Source: a virus
Virus record (IMG/VR): IMGVR_UViG_2663762850_000003
Reading direction: 5' to 3' (one strand)
DNA length: 64,000 nucleotides
In this document: positions 57,262 through 64,000 of the stretch, in pieces
Position numbering within the stretch: position 1 is the first letter of the stretch
Layout of the letters: the number at the start of each line of letters is the position of its first letter
The notes under the pieces: generated by a model
The model's database searches: none
What the model saw: only the letters and a program-made list of their open reading frames with translations
What the model was told of the DNA's origin: nothing
Position numbers and translations under genes: made by a program

Positions 57262-57538
57262 GCCTTGCCTGTTATATCCAGATATAACAGGCAAATAACT
57301 TTAGCATATGCTCATTCGGCAACGAGGGGATCCTGCCGTATACATTTTGCCAATTACCACACACACTACTTACTTTAAAATGCGAATAACTACAACAACC
57401 ATCAGATCAGCTCGAAAACCAGCATTGTGACAACCAAATGGCGGTTTAATAAATTTGCGACGTGACAGGTAATGTTAAATGGATATAGGAAACACATCTA
57501 AATACGATTTTGTTAACCAAATCATATTTACCTCTAGG

Positions 57539-58003
57539 TCAGTTCAAACACTGTTCACGTAAGTAGGTTTGCAGGCCATTCAATTGTTTTGTAGCAGTTT
57601 CGATTCGCTCTCTGAGTTTGAAATAATCCCGTTCAGCGGCGTCAGTAAGTCGGGGGCCGGGGCCATCATCCACGCGGGTGGTGCTGGGCGCTCCGTTCGC
57701 GGGGCAGGTGGCGTTAAGCTGCAACCGCTTACGGCCAGCAGCCACATCGCGCTCAAGCTGAGCAATATTTTTCTGAGCATCCGCTAAGTCCTTCGTATAT
57801 TTCGCATCAAGAGCCGCTACGTCGCGCTGACGGCGCTGCATATCCTCAATGTCATCTTTAGCCAGTTTTAATTCACGATTAACTTTGGTTAAAGATGCCT
57901 CTGCTTTTGTGAGCGAGGCCCGGTAATAAAACGCGAATCCAACAACGGCCAGGAAGAGTAGCGGCTTCCACCATGCCCGGACAAAAGCCCATAGCGCAAC
58001 CAT
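57539..58003 (-). CDS. i-spanin (Rz-like)
   Basis: N-terminal TM; MQRRQR.VAALDAKYTK.LADA and L..AAERDYF.LRERI motifs. Confidence 0.9.
   Translation of the reverse strand: MVALWAFVRAWWKPLLFLAVVGFAFYYRASLTKAEASLTKVNRELKLAKDDIEDMQRRQRDVAALDAKYTKDLADAQKNIAQLERDVAAGRKRLQLNATCPANGAPSTTRVDDGPGPRLTDAAERDYFKLRERIETATKQLNGLQTYLREQCLN
57580..57780 (-). CDS. o-spanin (Rz1-like, embedded)
   Basis: Nested in Rz in another frame; lipobox VSGC and Pro-rich PPAW.M.PAPDL. Confidence 0.85.
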   Translation of the reverse strand: MLRKILLSLSAMWLLAVSGCSLTPPAPRTERPAPPAWMMAPAPDLLTPLNGIISNSESESKLLQNN

Positions 58004-58626
58004 CAGAGCACCCGGCGCGCTGCCGCATAGCGGGCCTGTCTGTCTTCCAGCCCGTTCTGCCCACCGTTAATAATCTGCGTGACTCGAAGCACATCGCCCG
58101 GATATTTCAGGCAGCCTTTGCTGGTATAGAACCATGCTGCAGAGCGCGCTGCGGTGGCGTCTTCGGAAAGCAGTTCCGGCGAGTTCACAAGGTCGAGTTT
58201 CAGCGCGGCGCCGCAATCGTGGAAATTCTCGAGCCCGGTGATCTGGATGAGGCCGCGTCCGCGATATTTCCAGCCATCACCCGGGGCGTAATTACCGAGG
58301 CGCTTGCTGTAAACCAGATTGGCGATCGCGCGCTGACGCTCAAGGGGCAGCACCTTTTCATACGTGCGGCGGCCCAGCATGTTGGCCTGATCCTGAGTTA
58401 ACCGGCCAGCCCGGATAAAGCCATTCAGCCCTGCGATGCTGTAGTTGAAACTCTCCACCAGCGTGGTAAAGCCGGTGCTTTCATGGCCGACCTGCGCAAT
58501 GAACATTGCCTGATCGACCGGCGCAGTGATGCCGTATTCGCGCATCGCCGCATCAATGTGCGGGAACCAGCGCGCAGCTAAGCCGGCGCTTAAACCAGCC
58601 GCGTGCTGAAATTGTTGTTGGTTCAT
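58003..58626 (-). CDS. Endolysin, glycoside hydrolase family 19
   Basis: Start moved to ATG 58626; [11 protein letters not shown] and [16 protein letters not shown] motifs. Confidence 0.92.
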   Translation of the reverse strand: MNQQQFQHAAGLSAGLAARWFPHIDAAMREYGITAPVDQAMFIAQVGHESTGFTTLVESFNYSIAGLNGFIRAGRLTQDQANMLGRRTYEKVLPLERQRAIANLVYSKRLGNYAPGDGWKYRGRGLIQITGLENFHDCGAALKLDLVNSPELLSEDATAARSAAWFYTSKGCLKYPGDVLRVTQIINGGQNGLEDRQARYAAARRVL

Positions 58627-58907
58627 TCGGGCCTCAGTACATGGAAAAGGCGCGCCACGTTGCCCCGGGCACGGAACACGGCGGCGCAGATGATTAAGTT
58701 GATGATGACCGACGCCCAGTGAGTGTGGACGTAAAAGTCGAAGGCGTAGCGGAACGGCACAGAGGCATACGCCAGAATAATCAGATATGCCAGCCACGAT
58801 GCCCACCAGCGGTGACGAGCACCGGGCTTGCGGAACAGCATCAGCCTCAAAACAATGGCCGAGCACGTCGCCACGTTGGTCAGTACCAGCGGATCACTTA
58901 TTACCAT
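58623..58907 (-). CDS. Holin-family membrane protein
   Basis: 94 aa, three TM, GNVARL C-terminus; lysis cassette position. Confidence 0.78.
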   Translation of the reverse strand: MVISDPLVLTNVATCSAIVLRLMLFRKPGARHRWWASWLAYLIILAYASVPFRYAFDFYVHTHWASVIINLIICAAVFRARGNVARLFHVLRPE

Positions 58908-59274
58908 TGGCTCCCCCTCTCCACCGCTGGAACCACTGCGCGGGGTCTTGCTGGCTGGCGAACGTCAGGATTCTAATCGTCAGCGCAGAGAGGATAACGG
59001 CCCCCAGTGCATCAAGCGGCTTGTCGCTGTATTCCGTCCAGCTGGCAAGTTTGGAGCCCACCAGCCCGGCACCGTAAACGCCAGCGATGTACGAAACAAC
59101 AAAATAGGCTGCGCGCCGGATCAGGGTCAGGTCTGCCGCGGTGGCAACATAAAAGACCGCACCGGCAAACGCGCCAAAAATTACGCCATAATCTGTGCCG
59201 GTCAGCAGTCCATAGATACTTGCACCAGTAAGCGCAGCTCCTGCCGCGACAGTTCCCGAAACCGGATCGGACAT
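58894..59274 (-). CDS. Putative holin
   Basis: 126 aa hydrophobic, GAFAGAVFYV motif; first gene of the lysis cassette. Confidence 0.8.
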   Translation of the reverse strand: MSDPVSGTVAAGAALTGASIYGLLTGTDYGVIFGAFAGAVFYVATAADLTLIRRAAYFVVSYIAGVYGAGLVGSKLASWTEYSDKPLDALGAVILSALTIRILTFASQQDPAQWFQRWRGGANGNK

Positions 59275-59318
59275 TTAGCCCCCTCTATTGCTGTGTATCC
59301 TCTCCAAAGAGGGGAAAT

Positions 59319-59343
59319 AAAAAAGGCCCGCGTATGCGAGCCT
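59319..59343 (-). terminator. Intrinsic terminator upstream of holin
   Basis: AGGCTCGC-ATAC-GCGGGCCT followed by TTTTT on the minus strand. Confidence 0.78.
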
Positions 59344-59349
59344 CTGTTA

Positions 59350-59570
59350 ATTCTTTGCCACTTCCCGGAGTAGCCACGCTCATGCCCTTGAGGTGCTGTC
59401 GCTTCATCGCCGCTAATGACCGGTGCGCGTCTGGCGGTTCGCGCTGCTTTACCGGAGCTTGTTTTAATCTATGAACCCTTACCCATCACTACACAGGCTC
59501 GCACAATGGCGACTCGGGGCAGGATCACGACTGCTGCACAGCCTTGCGGCTGCGGTCTATCCGTTTGGCT
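59350..59570 (-). ncRNA. Candidate structured non-coding RNA
   Basis: GC-rich block with no credible gene, several hairpins including a GCAA-tetraloop stem (59538-59553), bounded by two terminators. Confidence 0.4.
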
Positions 59571-59598
59571 TTCACATTTTCTTTCCCTTCAGAAACAC

Positions 59599-59624
59599 AA
59601 AAGCCCCAGCTATTGCCAGGGCTT
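59599..59624 (-). terminator. Intrinsic terminator after moron
   Basis: AAGCCCTGG-CAATAG-CTGGGGCTT followed by TTGT on the minus strand. Confidence 0.7.
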
Positions 59625-59637
59625 GAATGATTCAATT

Positions 59638-59919
59638 TTAAGTTTCATATAGATTTCTTTTTAAATCTAACGCTTCCTGCTGCCGCCAATGAAGCCACTG
59701 TGGCTTTCCCATCTCAGCCTCTTCGGCTGTGTCATACGTCCTTAGATAGGAATATTCAGTCATTAGGATGCTTACGCCAGTATCAGGAAAAAGTCCATGG
59801 TAATAATTAATCCCATCACAGCTATAACTTGAGATGCGAATTTCTCGCACAACGGCTTTTATTCCATCATTAGAATTATGGAGAGCTAAAATATAACGTA
59901 TTGTTTCTGAGTTGTGCAT
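59638..59919 (-). CDS. Cargo: 93-aa hypothetical protein downstream of tR'
   Basis: ATG 59919 with GAAGGTGA RBS; AT-rich; own terminator. Confidence 0.55.
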   Translation of the reverse strand: MHNSETIRYILALHNSNDGIKAVVREIRISSYSCDGINYYHGLFPDTGVSILMTEYSYLRTYDTAEEAEMGKPQWLHWRQQEALDLKRNLYET

Positions 59920-60012
59920 AGTTTCACCTTCATAGAGACGAACCGCACATCCTGCGCGCATCACCCGATGAGTGACGAACGCATTTTACCGCTTCCCCGC
60001 ATTGCAGCCAAT

Positions 60013-60036
60013 AAAAAGCCCGCTCATCGGCGGGTT
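60013..60036 (-). terminator. tR'-like terminator
   Basis: AACCCGC-CGATGA-GCGGGCT followed by TTTT, about 30 nt after the pR' start. Confidence 0.75.
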
Positions 60037-60057
60037 CTGAACGGTGGATACACAATG

Positions 60058-60101
60058 CCCATCGTTAGAAAAATCCTACCCGATTTTTTTGGATTTAGCA
60101 A
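60058..60101 (-). promoter_or_regulatory. Late promoter pR' with sigma70 pause element
   Basis: TTGCTA-N17-TAGGAT followed by AACGATGGG, matching the lambda pR' initial transcribed pause sequence; directly after Q. Confidence 0.75.
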
Positions 60102-60133
60102 GCATCGTGTCGCTAAAATGTTTAATCAGGCTT

Positions 60134-60892
60134 CTAACGTGTTACTTCTCGCAGCATCTTTTCCGCGAATGCTTCTTCCTGCCAGCATTTCGTCACCAGC
60201 AGGTTAATCACGTCAGCAAAGCCGCTGTACCACTGATAATCCGTCATATCAGGCACCAGAACCTGCACCTGACGGCGCGCCAGAGTGGTGGGAAGACGTG
60301 CAAACCCTTTACCGCCGCATCGCTCACACAGCTTTTGCACCGGCACGCCGTGTAACTCGGTACGCTTACGGTCAAGCGCCGTTCCCCGTCCCGAGCAGTC
60401 CCGGCAGGCCGTACTGATAACCCCTTTCCCGCCGCATTGCTTACAGAGTTCTTCCATTTCCTCTTCGCGAATTGTCGCATCCACGCCTTTCACGCCAGGA
60501 TGCTTCACCACTTCCCGACGCATACGCTTAACCCCTTTTCCTTCGCAGTGATGGCATTCGCAATTGCTGGCTGCCGAACGCGAATAGTCGCTGTAGGCGA
60601 ACTGAGCCAGACAAAGGGCCATTTCCTCGCGCGCACTCTCACCGAGTTTTTTCATTACGCCGTTGTTTAGCGCGAGCGCATATTTAACCAGCCCATCAAT
60701 AGCGGGCTGCGGATCCTGAACGCCCATTTTGGCGAGGAAAAGGTTGAACCCCAGCGCCGCCTTAGACTGGACGAGACCCTGTGCGGCCATAACATCCGAG
60801 ATGGTCAGCGCGGCGCTGCCGGTGGCTGGTGTCTCATCATTGAGTTTAGGTGATTTTGGGGAATAGAACTTTGGTAAGGCTTCGAAGTTCAT
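60134..60892 (-). CDS. Late antitermination protein Q
   Basis: Start moved to ATG 60892; C..C.GKG zinc-finger repeats; position before pR'. Confidence 0.88.
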   Translation of the reverse strand: MNFEALPKFYSPKSPKLNDETPATGSAALTISDVMAAQGLVQSKAALGFNLFLAKMGVQDPQPAIDGLVKYALALNNGVMKKLGESAREEMALCLAQFAYSDYSRSAASNCECHHCEGKGVKRMRREVVKHPGVKGVDATIREEEMEELCKQCGGKGVISTACRDCSGRGTALDRKRTELHGVPVQKLCERCGGKGFARLPTTLARRQVQVLVPDMTDYQWYSGFADVINLLVTKCWQEEAFAEKMLREVTR

Positions 60893-60910
60893 GTGTGGTC
60901 TCCACTCCAC

Positions 60911-61960
60911 TTATGACAGCACGCCGATCGCGAGCGCGCAGTCTAAAAAACGAAAAATCAGCTCGAGCTGTGAGCCATATTTTTCTTCGAATACCACGGT
61001 GTCCCGATGAAGTTCATCGTGATGCCTTCTGCACAAAGGCAACACGAAAAGGTCATGGGCTTTGGTACCCATCCCGCCCTGCCCGTGGCCGATCAGGTGG
61101 TGGGGATCGTCTGCCCGCTGGTTGCAGCATGCGCAAGGCTGCTGCTTAACCCAGCGGGTGTATTTCTCGTTTTCCCAGCGGCGGCGCTTTGGCCGGAGCA
61201 TGTAACTTTCAGGCGACTCAGGGTCGATTGTCAGCGCAACCACCCGCGGCTGTTGTCCCTGCGGCTTGTCGCAGTTTATTAGCGTCTTCAAGGCACCAGC
61301 ACGCTGTGCTTTCGTCTGTACTATTTCAGCCGCCGACGGTCCCGGAACCATATCGCTTTCACGCGACACGCCCTGCACTGGCAAAGGCGGAAGGCGCAGC
61401 GCGCGGCGCGCCACACTGTCCGGCAGCGCATCAGTGATATCCATCCTGACAGCCCACCAGCATAACTCCGGCAGAGTCAGCTCGTGGGTAACGTCAAAGG
61501 CGAGGGCACCGCGCGCGACGCTGATAATCCAGGCTATCACATTGGAACGGGCAATTGCTGACAGGCGCTCAGTAAAATGTTCGGCCAGCTGATTATCACA
61601 GTGCCAGCACAGACGCAGCGCGCCGGGTTCATGCCGCATCGTGGTCATCTCATGGTGATGGTACTCACTATGCGGCCACTGGCAGCCGCCCTGCTGCTTC
61701 ATCAGCCAGTGCTCCAGCGCATTGACGCCACCAGCAGCCCGGATTACTCGCTCATCAGTAAAGAAGATTTTCAGCCCCTCGTCGTCAACCAGCGGCTGGT
61801 GCGCTGGCGGCACCGCGCCGCTCGGGAACCGTGCCATGCTTTCTGGCTGCACCTCCACCAGCACGCGCCCGTTTGCAAATATGGGCATCAGTTCCGGGCC
61901 AGGGCGCAGCAAAACGATACCCATGCCGCGCGCGATTTCCGGTGTTAACAGCGCCCTCAT
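60911..61960 (-). CDS. DUF968/YdfU-family nin-region protein
   Basis: MRALLTPEIA start; C-terminal PC.CC...ADDPHHLIGHG..G.G.K.HD....PLCR.HH motif. Confidence 0.85.
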   Translation of the reverse strand: MRALLTPEIARGMGIVLLRPGPELMPIFANGRVLVEVQPESMARFPSGAVPPAHQPLVDDEGLKIFFTDERVIRAAGGVNALEHWLMKQQGGCQWPHSEYHHHEMTTMRHEPGALRLCWHCDNQLAEHFTERLSAIARSNVIAWIISVARGALAFDVTHELTLPELCWWAVRMDITDALPDSVARRALRLPPLPVQGVSRESDMVPGPSAAEIVQTKAQRAGALKTLINCDKPQGQQPRVVALTIDPESPESYMLRPKRRRWENEKYTRWVKQQPCACCNQRADDPHHLIGHGQGGMGTKAHDLFVLPLCRRHHDELHRDTVVFEEKYGSQLELIFRFLDCALAIGVLS

Positions 61961-62337
61961 ACTGTACCTATCCCAAAGTTACTGATCGTGATTTCCACCT
62001 TCCCTTTGCTGGTTACCGGCCCCCACTCCACCAGCATCTTTTTCACCTGGCTGTCGTCCTCCCAGACATGGGCCAGCGTCAGCGCATCGAAAAGTGCCTT
62101 CAGGTAGTTATCCAGATCGCGGCGTTTCCGGTCAGGTGGGTAAAGCACCACCTCCACCGCCAGCAGGCTGGTGACAGGCCTGGGTATGCGCCGCAGTTGC
62201 TCAACAACGGCCGCTGCGGCATTGCTCTGATATTTGCGCCCGTCGGCGCTGACGAGATGACGGCCTTTTAGCGGCCCCTTAGTAGGGGCGCGCCAGTAGC
62301 TGTTAACGCTGGGAGGGAATGGCAAAACCAGTTTCAT
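61957..62337 (-). CDS. rusA: Holliday junction resolvase RusA
   Basis: LPFPPSVN.YWR, RRDLDNYLKALFDAL, W.DDSQV motifs. Confidence 0.92.
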   Translation of the reverse strand: MKLVLPFPPSVNSYWRAPTKGPLKGRHLVSADGRKYQSNAAAAVVEQLRRIPRPVTSLLAVEVVLYPPDRKRRDLDNYLKALFDALTLAHVWEDDSQVKKMLVEWGPVTSKGKVEITISNFGIGTV

Positions 62338-62418
62338 GTGCACAATTCCCCCTTGCTAAAAACACTTAAAAAGACTAAATTTACTAAATCAACTAATATT
62401 GAGTGGAATTTAACTAAA

Positions 62419-62895
62419 ATGGACATTACCGAAAAAATCACAGAGGCTAAAAATTTTCTTGAGGCAGCAGCATTCCAGGTTTCCTCCGGCAGGGAATTAC
62501 TGGAAGCGCACAGAAACATTGTTAAGGGTTTAGTATCTCTTGAGGAGTTAGAAAGAATGTTTGCTACAGGCACCGCCTCCGCGCAGGGCGAACTGCAGGA
62601 AGTCTCCAAAGTTTCACGTCGTCTTAAACTCTGGGCTAAGCGTCCTGAACAAATGAACACCAGGATCCTGAAAGCATTCCTTAAGCTTTCAGATGGGACG
62701 GATCGCAAAGTATCTGAAGCACAACTTAAACAAGAGGTTGGCGAAGACAACTTCGACATTAATTTCGTACAGATGAAAAACATCGCCGAAAAGAACCACG
62801 GAAAAGTCTTTGATGTTAATGGCAGTGAAGTTTCAATCTGGCCGCCTGTCGCTGCTGCTGTTGAAGAGTTTCGTCGCACTGTATTCAGTAAATGA
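62419..62895 (+). CDS. Cargo: 158-aa hypothetical protein, possible C-terminal winged helix, antisense to the nin region
   Basis: ATG 62419; open ORF inserted between rusA and the lexA-like gene. Confidence 0.62.
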   Translation: MDITEKITEAKNFLEAAAFQVSSGRELLEAHRNIVKGLVSLEELERMFATGTASAQGELQEVSKVSRRLKLWAKRPEQMNTRILKAFLKLSDGTDRKVSEAQLKQEVGEDNFDINFVQMKNIAEKNHGKVFDVNGSEVSIWPPVAAAVEEFRRTVFSK

Positions 62896-62989
62896 CATCT
62901 TTTTAAACACGCTTTTGTGCCTACGGGAATATGAGGGTTATTTCCCGGGAGCATAATGGCTTCGGTGTTACTGAGGCTGGACAGAAAGG

Positions 62990-63325
62990 TTATTTGCACT
63001 GCTCGCTCTCCATTTTATGCAGGAAAGAAATTGCCCGTTCACGTGCATCAGATTCACGTTCAACCATGGCGCGCAGCAGCGAAACGGCCTCATCCTCTTT
63101 GGCGATGCCGTTGATGATGATGCCGCGGGCGACGCCCCTTGATACCGATATAGCTCCCTTCTTCTCCAGCTTACGCAGCATATCGGTCGCAGCGTTGGGT
63201 GAAGCAGCCCCCATTAGCTGGGCCACTTCTTTTTGCGTTGGTGGGTAACCGTTTCGTCTCTGGAAATCCGCGAGCATATTCAGCACCTGCTGCTGACGGG
63301 CGGTCAAAGCAGAGGTGGAATTCAT
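62990..63325 (-). CDS. LexA-like N-terminal DNA-binding domain protein (no peptidase domain)
   Basis: LTARQQQVL...GYPPT..EVA..MG..SPNAA...L..LEKKG.I...G.ARGI matches the LexA wHTH. Confidence 0.85.
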   Translation of the reverse strand: MNSTSALTARQQQVLNMLADFQRRNGYPPTQKEVAQLMGAASPNAATDMLRKLEKKGAISVSRGVARGIIINGIAKEDEAVSLLRAMVERESDARERAISFLHKMESEQCK

Positions 63326-64000
63326 GCCGCTTTCTCCCGCGCGCCAGCCATTTCGCGAACGGAGGCTCTAAGCTGCCGAATGTTCCGCCAGTGCGTGGTG
63401 TCAATTGCCCCGACAACCAGCAGAACCTCATCCATCGCCAGGCCATGCTGATCTTCAGCTTCGCGAGCGACTGTCGCGAGCCGTTCGTACATGTCTTTCC
63501 GCTCCGCATCGTCCTGAAAGACAAAATCATTGAGGTCCATGAACGCCCGCAGTTTCACACCGTTGTGATGCTCTTTAATCAGCGACTGCGCGCGCGAAAT
63601 GACGTCTGCGGTCACCGTCACCAGCATCGGGCTTTCCACAGAATCGGCGGCCCAGCTGTGAGCAAAGCGTGATTCATGGAAGGCATACACCTCTTTGCTG
63701 CCGAACGCCGCGGTGGCACAGGCCCATACTTCAACGCCGCTTCGTTCCAGGATGTCGGCTGCTGTCAGCGGTAATTCACTTTCATCAGCCTGCAGTTGCT
63801 GCTCAGTTTCTGAATGCGGATCTGTTGCATCCTCATCGGGTTCCAGGCGGTTACTCATCAGCAGGCGTTCAGCCTGACGGCGTATCTGTGCAAGGAACGC
63901 GTCGCCGTGCGCTTCCAGCTCGTTGCGGCTGATATAACTCATTGCCGGGCCACGCCAGGTCTTATCGAATACTGCAATGGCACCCGCAAAAAACGCGCCG
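63322..64000 (-). CDS. Phage N6-adenine DNA methyltransferase, C-terminal part (5' end off-window)
   Basis: Frame is open to the window edge upstream of the track ATG (GAFFAGAIAVFDKTWRGPAMSYISR); recalled as the tail of phage Dam-like proteins; catalytic motif not in window. Confidence 0.6.
   Translation of the reverse strand, partial: GAFFAGAIAVFDKTWRGPAMSYISRNELEAHGDAFLAQIRRQAERLLMSNRLEPDEDATDPHSETEQQLQADESELPLTAADILERSGVEVWACATAAFGSKEVYAFHESRFAHSWAADSVESPMLVTVTADVISRAQSLIKEHHNGVKLRAFMDLNDFVFQDDAERKDMYERLATVAREAEDQHGLAMDEVLLVVGAIDTTHWRNIRQLRASVREMAGAREKAA

Larger units (their letters stand above)
28000..64000. mobile_element. Lambdoid prophage (HK97-type head, lambda-type tail) with terminal cargo; right end, integrase and immunity region outside window
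   Basis: Complete late region, lysis cassette, Q, rusA in lambdoid order on the minus strand; left boundary inferred from the att copy. Confidence 0.85.

Overview
The window holds two partial temperate prophages back to back, joined at a 45-bp copy of the ssrA (tmRNA) 3' end (27955-27999). Left (1-27999, left end off-window): a P2-family prophage with an HP1/K139-type contractile tail module, P2-type head and packaging genes, ogr, a LexA-boxed tum-like antirepressor, rolling-circle rep A with its ori, and a 186-like cII/cox/cI/int switch. Right (about 28000 to beyond 64000): a lambdoid prophage read leftwards, with an HK97-type head, lambda-type tail, lysis cassette, pR'/Q, rusA, a LexA-like HTH gene and a partial adenine methyltransferase; its integrase and immunity region are off-window. 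Backbone calls rest on recognisable motifs plus synteny. The interesting content is the AT-rich cargo. It includes a TPR-like + HEPN gene pair with an operator-like palindrome over its promoter, a toxin/immunity-like pair in the rep-to-portal hotspot of the P2-like phage, and a T3SS-chaperone/YbjN-like + 2-TM pair next to the lysis genes. It also includes a membrane-protein moron bracketed by a 142-bp direct repeat, a LexA-boxed umuDC-like operon, and a hairpin-rich non-coding block between two terminators upstream of the holin. No database searches were run: all family assignments come from motif recognition and recall and need confirming.
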